From Neocallimastix sp. 'constans' (taxonomy: Eukaryota), in NCBI GenBank assembly GCA_050613775.1, contig JBODTK010000016.1, forward strand, positions 124,001 through 188,000: a DNA stretch of 64,000 nt. Direction: 5' to 3'. This document shows positions 28,096-45,208 of the stretch, in pieces (position 1 is the first letter of the stretch; every line of letters starts with the position of its first letter). The notes under the pieces are model-generated. The model was given only the letters and a program-made list of their open reading frames with translations. It was not told where the DNA came from and searched no databases. Position numbers and translations under genes: made by a program.

Positions 28096-28721
28096 TTACT
28101 ATTTAAAAACAATATGAAAATCTATTATCGATAGTAAAACTTTACCACTTTATTGTTTTTTTTTTGTTATTAATATATACATATACTATCATTTATTTAT
28201 TATATAATTCTTATCAAATAATAAAATCATTTTACCTATATATAAATATATAAATATTTTAACTAAAGAACCTATTTTCATCTATCATATAAGAAATATA
28301 CTGTAGTATTGATATTAAATAGTTCTAATTTTATTATATTATAGAAAGATATTTAACGATATATTTATGAAATATTAATTAACAATTGGTATAACTACAA
28401 AGTCATATTAACATTTTTATCAAAGTGATAATAATGAAATAATGTATATATCAAACATTAGAATTTTCAAAATGAATTTATGAATAAGAATGCTTTTATT
28501 TCTTTTTTTTTTTTTTAAAAAAAAAAAAAGAGAAACAGCTATTTATGAATTTATTAATAACATATATTTTCTTAATTTTTAGTAATTAATATTAATAATA
28601 TACTAAATTATAATAAAATAAAAAAGGAAAAATACAACAGATTTCAAGTAAAAATATATATATATATAAGAGACAAAAAATAATATATAATTAGAAGAAT
28701 AAAAATAAAAAATTGAAAAAA

Positions 28722-28756
<35 letters not shown>

Positions 28757-28875
28757 AAAAGTCATTAATATTATATATTATACTAACAAATATAGTGGAT
28801 TGATTATTACATAATTATTAAATATATATAGATATATTTAGTTAATTTTTTATATAATTATATTTAATTGATATA

Positions 28876-28924
<49 letters not shown>

Positions 28925-28964
28925 GCTTATTTATTTGTAAAATAACATATATGCAAAAAGTATA

Positions 28965-29694
28965 ATGAATAATTCAAATAATAATATTGCATTAGTAAAT
29001 ATTTTATTAAGTAACTTCGCAAAGGAAGCTCAAAATTTAGTTACAACAGCTCAAAAAATATATGATGATAATAGTAGTATTTCATTAAGTCAATTAGATA
29101 AATTTAATGAACAATGGGGTGTATTAAAAAGTCATTGTTTAACAGTTGGTATAGCTATAGGGGGTTATAAAGATAAAAAACCCGAGTATTTAATTCAAAA
29201 AATTGAACTTCTTGTGACCGAAATTAATAAAAAAAAATTTGAAACTTTTACACCTGTGGAATCCACTGATGTAAATACACCTAAATCAGGTGTCGGTGAT
29301 GATAGTTTGAATACTCTTCCTTTAATTATTATAAGCCTATTATCCACAGTTAAAATGTCTGTGGAAAATTATAATGAAAAAATATTAGGTGAATGCGTAG
29401 CAAATAACAGTAGTCCAATTAATGACAACGATCAGGATCAATCAGAAAGTTCACTTAATGTCACTACATTTGTATTAAAAGATGAAAGTTACACAAATAT
29501 TAATAGTAATTCGGATCATTCTAATCATCAGTTAAATAAGAGTTCTTCAAGTTTCAATCAAAGCTCTAGTACTCTTTCATGTATATCCAATAGTGTTTTA
29601 CAAGCTCTAGAAAATGATAAATATTCAAGCAGAAATAGTAGTAGAAATAGTAGTAGAAATAGTAGTAGAAATAATATTGATAATGAAATACATT

Positions 29695-29775
<81 letters not shown>

Positions 29776-32700
29776 GTAATACTTGTAGTAGTTCTAAAAA
29801 TATTAATAATTCCAGTAATGATATAGAAACAAATGAGAACAAAGTAGTAATTAATCATCCCAATGCTAATGGCCTAACCTATGTACCAAAGCCATTACCT
29901 TTTGGTTTTGAAGAAGAAGAAAAAGAAAATCGAACCCTTGAAGCTACTAACTCTATAGAAAATAAGGATTTCGGAGCTACCCATGAAAGAAATAACTCCA
30001 TACCAAATGAAAAAAGAAGTTTATTGTTTCGTGATAGAAGTAGTTCATTAAATATAGATAATCAGAATCAAGCATCAAGGTTACATGAAGGAAAAGATAG
30101 TAGTGATAATAATGGAAGAAGGTTAGATCCTAATGAGAGTGTGGAAAGACGAGGTCGAGAGGAAATTTCGCAAAATAGGGAAAGATTTGATAGAAATAAA
30201 AGTCGTGATAGAAGAAGAATAGAAGATGGAATGAGAAATGGAGGAGGAAATAGAGGTAGAAGTAAGAGTCGTGATCCAAGAAGAATGGACGGCAATGAAA
30301 GTTTTTCAAGTATGAGAGAGAGAAGTAAAAATCGTGATCATAGAAGAAATGATAGTAATGAAAGTTTTTCAAGTATGAGAGAAAGAAGTAAAAGTCGTGA
30401 TCATAGAAGAAATGATAGTAATGAAAGTTTTTCAAGTATGAGAGAAAGAAGTAAAAGTCGTGATCATAGAAGAAATGATAGTAATGAAAGTTTTTCGAAT
30501 ATGAGAGAAAGAAGTAAAAGTCGTGATAGAAGACGAATAGAGGAAGGAATGAGAGGGGGTGGATATAGAGATAGAAGTAAAAGTCGAGATAGAAGAAGAA
30601 TAGATGGAAATGAAAATTTTAATTCTGCTAACGAAAGAAGACATGAAAAAGAGTCTAGTACTTCAAGTGAGACAAGAGGAAAAGGATCTAGTCGTAATAG
30701 TATTAATTTAGACAATTATAAAAGAAAGGACAGTTTAGAAAATCAAAACATGAGAAAAGAAAAAAGTATGAATAATATAAAATTAAGGGAGGAAACTAGA
30801 GATCATTCATTAATGAAAAGTTGTAGTTCAGATGATGTAAAAAATAGAAGTAAACCTTCAAAGGTAAATGTAGATATTTATCCAAAAAGGTTAGATTCAC
30901 ATGAAAAACCCCCTATTACCCAAATAAAAGGAGATCGTTCGATGACAAGTGAAACTTCTGGATCAAATAGAAATTCACCATTCATAAGTAATTGCAGGAC
31001 ACATACCACAAGAACCCCAAGTATGGAAAATATACCTTCTGCCGTATCTGTAGATTCTGGCACTAAACAAACTCCTCATATTATTCCAGGACGTCAAAGA
31101 AATGTAAGTAATCCTACTCAACATACAACAATGGATGTTAAAACTCCTAGAGTTGTAAACTATGATCCGATTTCAAGAACGCCTAGATTACCACCTCAAG
31201 ACTCCAATAGTGAAACAACAATTAAAACACCTTATTCCTCATATTTAGAAAATGCCAAGACTCCATATTTATCAGAGCCATTTGATGAATCACAAGATCA
31301 TAGAAATTCTCAATATGAAGAAACTTCATCAAATTCCCAAAGGTATAAAGAAAAATTAAGACCCTATGGACAAAATGAAGAATTTGCTCATATTCGTCAG
31401 AGAAGTGATTCAAATCAAGACTATTCTTCTCTTAAATCTATAAAATCTAGTTCAGCTATTCGTAATATGGCGAATCATTATAATAATGGTCAAGAAGGTG
31501 TTAAAAACCAGATTGATAATAGGTATGAGAATTCAAAGTCCATATCAAAGATTAACCATAAGCGAAATTATTCTGAAGGATCTTCTCTTAAACATAGAAG
31601 TGAAATTTCTCCTCTTAATTCCAGTTCATATGATCGATATTCTGTTATGAGTATCGATAATGTAAAAACCATGGAGCGACTTCGTACAAGTGTTCAATTC
31701 ATTAAAAACTTTGATAAATCTTTTAAACCTGAAGGAATGGATAGAAGAAGTTATCTCTATGAGGATTATTTTAATAGAAACAGCAATGGAGAATTAATTG
31801 ATTTACAAATGGTATTAGTTCCATTAAATAATATGTTTGAAATTTGTACAGTGGATTTAAATGAACCTGTTCGATTTGGACGCTCAAATGTGGATAATGT
31901 TGAAAATTTCATATCCTTCAGAAGTCTAGTAATTTCTCGTACACATGCTGAAATATGGAGTGATAATGATAAAGTAAGTTTTATTATTAGTATATAAATT
32001 TATCTATTTTAACTAAAAGAAACAAAGATTTATAGTTTATATGTTATATTAAAATATTATTATTATTATTATTATTATTATTTTTATTATAATTATTATT
32101 AATTATTAATGCTATTGTATTTGTTTATAAAAATTATTTTATTAATTAATAATATATGTTAATTTAATATAAAAAAATAACTTATAAATAATAATCAATA
32201 TGAATATTATTTATATTGTTAAAAAATAAAATAAAAAAAAAAAAAAAAAAAAGATTTTTCTTAGAGATTTAGGAAGCAACGGTGGAACATTCTTAAATGG
32301 TGTAAGAATTTGTCAATATGGAACTGTTTGTGAGCCACATGAAATAAAAAGTGGTGATTTCATTCAATTTGGTCAGGATTTCTTTGAAGGTGGAATAATT
32401 AGTCCAAATATGGAAATACCAGAAAACCGTAAATATATTTATATAATATGAATAAGATTAAAAAAAAAAAAAAAATAAATATAAATAAATTAATAAATAA
32501 ATAAATATGAATTAAAGTAATAATAACTAATATATATATATATATATATAAATTTAAATATAAGCAAAACATCGTTGTGTAAAATTCCAAGTTATATTAT
32601 CAAATTCATTAAACATTAATTTATATAAAAACTATGATACAAAAAGTCAACTAGAGTAAGTATTATCGTGCTTTAAATAATAAATAAATAAAAATAATAC

Positions 32701-33581
32701 AAGATATAGCATTAATAATATTAATATAATATATTTTAATAATAAAAGCAATCCGGAACAAGAAGAGTTAGAAAGACAAAAGAGAGATATAGAACAACAA
32801 ATATTAGAACAAAATGAAAAACTACAAAAGAAAATGGAGGTTAATGTTGTTACCGAACAAGTTCGTGATTTATACTATATTAATATATCTGGTACCAATA
32901 ATAAGATAAGGAAAGCATTAATTAAAATTGATCCTGGGATTGAATTATTTAGTGTAGACTTATCAAATTGGGACCAAAAAACGTAATTACTTATATATAT
33001 ACATATATATATATATATATTTTTTAAGTATAAAATATTTATTAAAACATGTAAAATATTTAAAAAAAAATACCTTAAATATTAACACATTAAATATATA
33101 TAATATTAAATTTATTGCTTATTATTAATATAGATCATTCTTTTCTTCAAAAGATAAATATAAAAATAATAAAATTTTAGTACATGATAGTCGACCAGAG
33201 TATTCAGAAACTCAAAATATAGAGATATTAAAAGAATTACCAAATACAAAAGTATTTAGTATCAAAACAAAGTATTCTGTACTTGGTACTGTGCAGTACA
33301 CTACAAAAAAGAAAGTTCAGATTGTAACACCATTTGGGTCACCTCAATTTTTAATAACAGGTGATTTTAAGGAGCATCAATGGATTATTTTAGAAACTCA
33401 TATTGATAATGATGAGCATAAACAACGCTGTATAGGTGAAGCCAAAGGAAAGGAATATTTAAAAAAAGGAGTTCGTGATTCAAAATGGGAAATTAAATTA
33501 GAAGTTGAAAATAGTAAATTTTCACAATTATTATTTTCATCCTTTTTATTCTTAATAGTTACTGGTGGAGAAACAAATTAG
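28965..33581 (+). CDS. Large FHA-domain protein with a disordered N-terminal region and Arg/Ser-rich repeats, ~5 exons
   Basis: The FHA signature is split by an intron: VRFGRS..FRSLVISRTHAEIW | IFLRDLGSNGGTFLNG..IKSGDFIQFG. It is followed by a coiled-coil exon and a terminal exon ending at 33581. Confidence 0.82.
30255..30620 (+). repeat. 63-nt (21-aa) coding tandem repeat RERSKSRDHRRNDSNESFSSM
   Basis: Three near-perfect units plus degenerate flanking units inside the FHA protein exon. Confidence 0.9.
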
Positions 33582-33660
33582 AATTATATATATATATATA
33601 TTAACCAATTTTTAATTTAAATAAATAATTTAATAATTAAATAATTAAAATAAGTAATTA

Positions 33661-33775
<115 letters not shown>

Positions 33776-34314
33776 CTATTTTAACATATTATAAATATTT
33801 ATACAAAACAGTAAAAAAAATATATATAAAAAAAAAAAAAAAATAAGTAAGAAAGTAATACATATATAAATTTCTATTTAATTTGTTGCAAATTGCAATA
33901 AAATTTTAAATAAAATAAATAGTATAATATTAATATAAATACATATTGAAAAATATAAAAAAAATACAATAAAATAAAAAAAAAAATAAATATATATATA
34001 CATAAATATATTCAATTAAGCAACACAAAATGATATCTTAATATATCTAAAGATAATGAATCAACATTTTTCTGTAATCTTTTGAAATTAGTTATATTTT
34101 ACATATTTAATATTAGACTCATATAAAAATATTTAATAATTTTTTTTCATCTAATTATTATTATTATTAGTAATAATATTTTATTATATTTTATTATATT
34201 TCTATTTTTTATTTTTTATTTTTTATTTTTTTTTTATTTTTTCTATTTTTTTTTTTAATTTTTTTTATCTTTATTTTATTTTATTTTATTTATTAATAAT
34301 AATAATAGTATTAC

Positions 34315-34348
<34 letters not shown>

Positions 34349-34388
34349 CTATTCTTTTTCATATAATTTAATTATTATTTAATTTAAT

Positions 34389-34945
34389 TTATTTTGGTAA
34401 ATAAGTCTTTTTCCAGAGATTAATATCATCCTTATTTTCTAAAATAACTAATGGTTTTCTATCAGATTCTTCCATAACATTCCAGTTTGGAGACTTTTGT
34501 TGTTTTAACCATTTGAAATCTTCCACTAAGTCATATTGATTATTATTTTTATCGATATCAGCAATCTTTTAATATAAAATTTTAAATATAATATAAATAT
34601 ATATGTCATTAAAAAGATTATCACAATAATAATAATTTCTTCTTTTTTTTTCTTTAATAAAAAGTTTCTATAAAACATCTTAGTTTTTATGTATTTTACC
34701 TTAAAGAGTTCGTCTATATTACTAACAGGTAATTCATATTTAGTAAAACGAATACCAACACAATCTTCAATAATTGGATGACTACCACAATGTAAATAAA
34801 CATCAATATTTTTTGAATCATGCATTCTAAACTAAGATTTTATAATTATAAATATTTATTTTTTTAGAAAAAAAAAATGATGTTATAATTTCAATAATGA
34901 CTATACAAATAATGAAAAGAAATACTTCATTTGATATTAAAAATC

Positions 34946-34987
<42 letters not shown>

Positions 34988-36062
34988 TTATTTACTTGAT
35001 GACAAGCTAAAACAAAATAGCAATTATCACAATTATCAATAATCATTGAAGATTTTATTGGATTAACAAAAACAATACAATTTTTAATTTTGTTCATTTG
35101 TAAGATAGCAATGTCAAATTTTATATTGATTAAATCAATCACACATGATTCCAAATCATTTAAGTAAACATCTTTTGTTGTATTTTGTAAATCTTGAGCT
35201 GTTAAATAAGCATTCGTTTTATTGGAAAAAAGAAGAGCATTTTTAGGTACATTGACAATTTCTTTAAAAAGAATTTTAAAAATTTTTATATAAATATTTA
35301 TTATATAAAATTATATATTAATTTATTATTATTATTATTGTTATTGTTATTGTTATTGTTATTTTTTATTTTTTTTTTTTTGAAAAAAAAATAAATAAAT
35401 AATGGTTAAAAATGACAAAAATAATGATAATATAAACCTTTTTTTTCTTCAATTGATTCTGAAGAAGAAAATGTTAAATTGTTAGCAACATCTGTATTTT
35501 TTTTTATTTTGTTTCTTGATTTAAATGAGAATTTTGATTTTGGTGTTAATAAAACCTTTCTTTTGTTTAATTCTTCATTTAATAATTTAATTTGCTAATA
35601 GACATAATTTAAATATAAAGAATATAAAATTCATGGATTAAACATTTATATTTTGAATTAATTTATATTATTTATATACAAAATGCTTTATTACTTTTGA
35701 ACAAGTTTCTTTATCGTGTGGTGGTAAATAAATAGAAGCTGTAATAACACTTTTTTCTAAATTATTAATTCTACTTAATATTTCATTGAATTCATTTTTC
35801 AATTTAAAGGTTGGAATTGAATTATTTAAATTAGTTAAAGTATTTAAAATTGCTATTATATATAGAGTATACATTTAGAAAATAATAATTGATTGAAAAA
35901 AAAAAAAAAAATTTTTTTGTACTTATTAATACGATTAATTTTATTTATTTAATTCTATTCTATTTTATTTTTAATATTATTTAATAGTAAATTACATTCT
36001 TTTTCTGTTTGAAATTCATTCCAGAAATCTGCTGACGCTTCTTTTGTATCTGTCATTAACAT
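34389..36062 (-). CDS. TBCC: Tubulin-specific chaperone C (TBCC/Cin2-like), multi-exon
   Basis: ADFWNEFQTEK start; FVLACHQ | RMHDSKNIDVYLHCGSHPIIEDCVGIRF; VEDFKWLKQQKSPNW. Confidence 0.88.
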
Positions 36063-36241
36063 TTTAATTAAACTATTAAAAAATTTTTTTTTCTATTAAA
36101 AAATAAGAAAAAAAAATCTTTTTTTTTTCTTTTATATTTTCTTAAATTTATTATTTAATTAAAAAAAAAAAATTTAACCAAAAAAATAAAATATTTTAAA
36201 ATATTTTATTTAATAAATTAAATTTTTTTTTTTTTTTTTTT

Positions 36242-36280
<39 letters not shown>

Positions 36281-36689
36281 TTTTAGTTTTGATTTTGAAA
36301 TTTTGAAATTTTATAATGAAATTATGATTAATTGTAATTAATTTTATTATTAATAAGCAGTTTAGGGTGTCATTAAGTATTAAATATCTTTATATTTTAC
36401 TATTTTATCAAATAATTTATAGGAATAAAAAGAAAACCTAATATTAAACATAAAAAAAATCATTCATCGTTTATTATTTTACCAAATTGAAATTTCATAA
36501 TACATTTCAAATAATATATATATATTTAATAATAATAGTAATAATAAAGTAAATATATTTAATAAACTTTTATCAATTTCTATTTATTTGTTTATATTAT
36601 TTTTTACCTAATCTTTTTTTTTATTTTTTTTTTTTTTTGAATAAATAAATATTTAAAAAAAAATAAAAAAAATAAATTATTAAAAATAG

Positions 36690-37675
36690 GTTGTGATGAA
36701 AGTATAATTCCAAAATGTAATGGACTTGTAAAGTCTAAAAAGAAGAATAAGCAAATTGATAAAACTGATAAACCTTTAGGCATTAAAAGAACCTATTATA
36801 TCTTGAAGATTAGAAAAATTATATAATAAAAATTCCGTTATAAAAAAATTATTAAATAAAAAAAATATTGACAGGGATTTTATTTGTAAATATTTTATAT
36901 CAATGAAGGAAAAATTATATAATTGAAATATACTTATTTAAAGTTAGAATAAAAATTATTAAAATTAAAAATTAATATTTAATTATAACTTGAATATGTA
37001 TTTATTGAATATTATTAAATTAAAGTTTTTGTCCGGTTTGGTTATTAACCACTTATTTGGTTATTAAATACTTTTTGATTATTAAATAATATTATTAAAA
37101 AAAAATACAGGATGTTACAACATTAAATCTAACACCGAATCCAACTTTTACACCTTTTAATAAACATTCTTCAATAGTTTTGAGTGCCATAGACAATGGT
37201 GTATTAATACCTCAGTTTATTTTAATTAATTACAATGAAAGAAATGACTGGTAAATATAAAATTTTTTTTTTCATATGGGTGAATGTATATTTTCAGAAC
37301 ATGAATTGAAAAAAGCACCATCAATCATTTATCTTCAATGTAATAAACCCTACGATTTAGAAGGTATTGTTTCAATAAACCCGAAGGACCCAAAAGTTAA
37401 TGAATCTCCTCAGTTTTAAATTCGATATAAATATTTAGAAAAAACATAGTTTAGACGAAGAAACAAATTCTTCAATTTCTCATACGCATAGTAAAGAAAA
37501 GAAAAGCATGATATTATTGCTTCCAATGATTAAAAAATCATAATCGATCATGAAACATATCGATTCCAAATCCAATATTAAACTTAATTTTCCAAATTTA
37601 TCAGAAACTAATAAAAAATCATTGAAATCAAAAGTTTCAAAAAGTTATTCAAAATATATGTACCAAGACAAATGA
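36690..37675 (+). pseudogene. Unidentified exon-like coding remnants
   Basis: Higher-complexity segments follow AG acceptors at 36690 and 37110 (DVTTLNLTPNPTF.., MGECIFSEHELKKAPSIIYLQC..) and are broken by stops. No family recognised. Confidence 0.3.
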
Positions 37676-38463
37676 TAAAGATGATAAACAAAACTATTTA
37701 CATCGTAGTATATTTAATTATTATACTATATAAATATAAAATAAATTTATAAATTTATTTATCTATATATATTTATAAAAATATATGAATAAATAAATAA
37801 ATAAATAAATAAATAAGAATAACCGGGAATAATTGTTACTGTATATGAAACAATAAGAATATTTATTTTAAATATATATATATATTTTATTTATTTATTT
37901 TTTGGTAAAAAATTAATCCCTATATTCAAAATTTTTAGTATAATTTTAATATTAAGACTTAACACTATTATCTAAATATTATATTATTATCTTAATATTA
38001 TTTTGTAATAAATAATTTTTAAATACAAAAATATAATATATATATATATATATATATAACAATAATAATAATAAATATAGAGATAGTAAATAAATATATA
38101 TATATATTATATTTAACATTAGTAATAAAATATAAAATAATCTATAGAAAATAGAAAAAAGAATTAATTAAGCATTTTATTAATAATATTTCAATTATTA
38201 ATTTTTAGGAATTTTCAAAATTTATAAAAGACCATAATTAATTAATTATTTAATGTCACAATTTATTATTATTATTATTTATTAAAATAGATAATATTAA
38301 ATATATATTATATAGAACTTCTTTATAACCATTTATTTATTATATATTTATTTAATATATATATTTAATATATAATTAGGTAATATTTATGATTATTTCA
38401 AAAAAATTTTTTTTTATAGTAGTATTAATACTCATATGAACTGGTTTCTCCATAATTGTTTAT

Positions 38464-38506
<43 letters not shown>

Positions 38507-38597
38507 AATTTTTTTTTCTTTTATTATTTTAATATTAATAATCCTATTAATTTGTCTTAATTTATTATATAATTTAAACTTTAAAAGTTATATATTT

Positions 38598-38636
<39 letters not shown>

Positions 38637-39674
38637 TTTTAATTTTGTATGGAATTAAATTAAATTTTATTTCTTGCTATATGCAATATTGGTTAATTAT
38701 TTATTTATCCAACTATCGAGCTTATAATAAGAAGAAGAAAAATACATAAAATAATAGTGAATCCATTAAAATATATTAATAATGATAGATATGAGAAATA
38801 ATAATAATAATAGTAATAATAAAAAAAAAAAAGAATTAATACTTAGTTTAAATGTTAAAAAAAAAAAATAAATATTGAAATTATATTTATATTTTATATT
38901 TATATAATTTTATAATAATAATAATAATAATTTTTTTTTTTTATTTTTATTTTTTTTTATTTTATTTTATTTTATTTTGTTTTGTTTTATTTCAATTTCG
39001 ATATTAAAATTTAATTAATATAAATCTTTTCTAATTTATTTAGTAATTAATAATTAATTAATTAGATATATATCTATATATCGATTTTAATAATTAATAA
39101 GTTTATTATATTTAATACTACTCTATTTAATTTTTTTTATATTTTATTATTATTAATCTTAATTAATAAAAAATATATAATTTTTTTAATTAAAAATATT
39201 TTAATTAGTATTAATCTAATTTTTTATAGTTTTAATAAACCTAATTTACCTTCTTTAACAATATAATATATATTGTTTTTATATATATATTTTTAATTTA
39301 TTATAAGTTTGATTTAACAATTTATTAAAAATATTAACACTCTATTTTTGATATATAATATATATTATTAATTTTTAATATGACATGATATTATTTCATT
39401 TTTTTTTATCTAATTAAACTACTCAATAATATTAAAATTAAGAAATATGTTATAAAAAAAAAAAAAAATGAACAAAAACTTTTTTATTTTTTAAAAAATT
39501 TTTTTTTAAAAAAAAAAAAAAAAAAGCAAAAGAGAAAATAAAAATTAATAATTACATTTATAGTTTATATATATATATATATAAAAGTAGTTTTAGTATA
39601 CCAACTTTTATTTATAATACACTACATACATAATTATTTGTAATTGATTATAAGAAAAAAATTTTGAAAAAATA

Positions 39675-41535
<1,861 letters not shown>

Positions 41536-42029
41536 AAAAAAAAAAAAAATTAAATTTTATATAATTAATTTTATATATCCAATAACATTTTTTTTTTTTT
41601 TAAAAGGATAGTATCAAAAAAAAATTTTTTTTTTTTTTCATTTTTTCATATTTTTTCTATATTATTATTATTATTATTATTTTTTTTTTTTTTAAAAAAA
41701 AAAAAAAAATTATTTAATTATCGATATTATTTTAAAAAAATTTTTTTTATAATTATAAATGTAATAATTATCCATTCAATTTTTTTATATATTTATCTAA
41801 AATAAATAATTCAATAAAAATTGAAAGCGATAATACTTTTATTATAACTATTAGTATAAATATATATATATATATATAAATAATTTAAGCAATAATAAAA
41901 ATACTATAACAAACTGTATAAAATTTTAAAAATAAAAATAAAAATAAAATAATAACATTTGTATAAATATATAAATGTTATTATAAATGAATAAAATAAA
42001 TGTTTAACCCAAATATTGTATATATATAC

Positions 42030-42083
<54 letters not shown>

Positions 42084-42142
42084 GGAAATTACAAAACAAT
42101 TATCTATATATATTTATTTTATAAAAAAGTGATTAAATTTCA

Positions 42143-42173
<31 letters not shown>

Positions 42174-42434
42174 ATCTAATTAATTAAAATTTCGGTTTTA
42201 AATTTTTTTTTATATTGTTAATATGTATTATCGATATACATATAAATATATATATATATTTTATAAATTAGAAAAGAGAATAAACTTCTACTATTTAATG
42301 GAATAAAATTATTAAAAAAAAAAATATAAAAAATAAAGTTCATATAATATAATGAGAATTTTAAAGTAATTAAGGTATAAATGTCATTATGAATTTGAAA
42401 TTATTTCTATCGAAATAAATAAATAAATAAATAA

Positions 42435-42477
<43 letters not shown>

Positions 42478-42723
42478 AAATCTACAAAGTTGAGTATAAA
42501 CTCGTTATTCTCTAAACTCTTCTTTCAATCCTTGAACAAAGAGAAATATTTTTAGGAGATTCAATTTCCATAGATTTTTTGTTGTTTGAAGAACTATAAT
42601 GATTACTAATTGAGTTAGATGAACTTGAAAACTCTAATGACATAGAAATTGTCTTTTTTATAGTGATAGGTCTTTCCTTACTATACTATAAAATAAAAAT
42701 ATATAATAATAATAATAATAATA

Positions 42724-42758
<35 letters not shown>

Positions 42759-43008
42759 TCTAACATTTATAATAATAATCATATTTTTTTTTTTCTTTTT
42801 CTTCAATCAATTTAAATATTAAATAAAAAAAAAAAAATTAAATATTAAATAGAATTCATTTATTAACTTTAAAAATAAAATGAAAAAATAAAAAAATAAA
42901 TGTAAAATAAATATATATATATTTTATAAAAAATTTTCGAGTAATAAATATATTTAGTTATTTTATATATATGTATAATAAAAAAGTATATAATAATAAA
43001 TTTTATTT

Positions 43009-43055
<47 letters not shown>

Positions 43056-43292
43056 CAATATTATTAATATTAATAATATTAACAATATTAACTATATATA
43101 TATATATTAATTTATTTTTATTATATATAAGAATATTATATTATTACTCCTCTAAAAAAAAAAAAGATTTTTTTTTTTTTTATTTATTAATTTTTATTTT
43201 TATTATTATTATTAATATTTTTTTTTAATATATATATACTTTATTTTATAATAATAAGTATTTTTCTTTCTTCTATGTATATATATTTATAA

Positions 43293-44424
43293 TTATTTTC
43301 CAACAGAATTATTATTCATGGCTAAATTAACACTATTTAAATTCATATTATTCATATGCATTCCCATACCATTCATATTCATTCCACTTAATGCTTTTAA
43401 CGTATTTAAATTAACATTATTCATAGAATTTAAATTACCTAGGGGTAAATTTACATTCATTAAACCCTTATTTAAATTATTATTATTTATATTTGCTGAA
43501 GCTGAAGTTGGTGTTATGTTATTTTGCATTTGTCCTTTATTATTATTACTATTGGCTAAATTTAAAAGATTTAGTGGAGATTGTGTCGTATTATTTTGTG
43601 ATAAAAATTGAAGATTACCATTAGCGTTTATTCCATTATTTAAACCTAAAAGGGGATTAATATTATTTAAATTTATATTTCCTGGATTATTTCCTGCTTG
43701 ATTTAAATAATTTTGCTGTTGTTGTTGTTGAAGTTGATTTATTACTGATGGATTATTCATAGCAGCACCAAATACTGAAAATAAATTATTATTTGATTGT
43801 TGTTGAGAAGTTGGATTATTTATAGGTGACATTTGATTATTTCCTGCAAATGAAAATTGATTCATTGCTAATTGATCTGCTAGTATTTGTCTATTTGCCA
43901 TATTCATATTATTTAATAGTGAGGCATTAATACCATCTGCACTACCCTGTCTTATCATATTCATTAAGGCAATATTATTTAAGTTTGCTTCATTTATTTT
44001 ATTTTCTTCTTCTTCTTTATTATCTATTTATACAATAAATAAATATATTTATATATGGGTATATAAATATATAAATGTTTATTTATTATATAATTATTTT
44101 ATTTTATTTTTATTTATTTATTTATTATTTTTTTTTCCAATAATTATTTTATCATTTTAAAATTTTGAATTTTAAATATATAAATAAATAGAAATTTAAA
44201 GAGAGAGAAAAATAATATAAAATATATAAAATTTATTATAGATAAATTTGTTAATAAATAGGTTTAATTTAATTATATATTGTAAAAACATATATATTTA
44301 TATTATTTAGTATTTCAATTTATATATATAAATATTAAATAAATAAAAAAAAAAAAAAAAAAAAAAAGAATGAAAATTATTTATATAATCTATTTACTAT
44401 ATTTATCTTGTTTTTAATAATCAA

Positions 44425-44482
<58 letters not shown>

Positions 44483-44508
44483 TTGGATAATTGCATATTT
44501 TTTTAAAT

Positions 44509-44543
<35 letters not shown>

Positions 44544-44982
44544 TATATTTATTAAATTTATTCTTACATAAACTTATACCGACTGGACCACGTTCTTCTA
44601 ATTGTTCATAATAAATAAGTAATTCGCTCTTCTTCTTTTCCCAATTTTTTGGATCAAAGTATAAATATAAACCCTTTTCACATCCAATACCTTTTACTAC
44701 ATCTTCACTACCTAATTCTTTAGCCAACCAGATTCCTAGTTTTTTATGATACCTCCAATTTCTATTATACAACTCCTGTGCAGCTGCTTCTTGTATTGCT
44801 TCTTTTGGCATTGTATAAAAAATGTAAAATAGTGTTTCATCTGAAAATACACCAATTTTTGTTATTATTGGAGGTGGCATTTGTGGCAAACTGAAACATG
44901 TCGGTAGCTGATTCTTTGGAAATAATTTTGGTTTGTTTGAAAATGGAGAACTAAATTTTGGATATATTCTTTAATTTTTTTT

Positions 44983-45013
<31 letters not shown>

Positions 45014-45169
45014 TTTTTTTAAAATAATTATAATAGTAATCATAGCAATAATAACATATATTAATAATAGTTATAGTAATAGTAATAATGATAATAATTA
45101 TAATCATGATAGTATATACGTATTATATATTTAAAAATTTAAAAATTTAAATTTAATATTTTAAATGTG

Positions 45170-45208
<39 letters not shown>

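Noticed and set aside
29558..31413. Antisense and alternate-frame ORFs within the FHA gene
   Set aside because: Shadows of low-complexity and repeat coding sequence.
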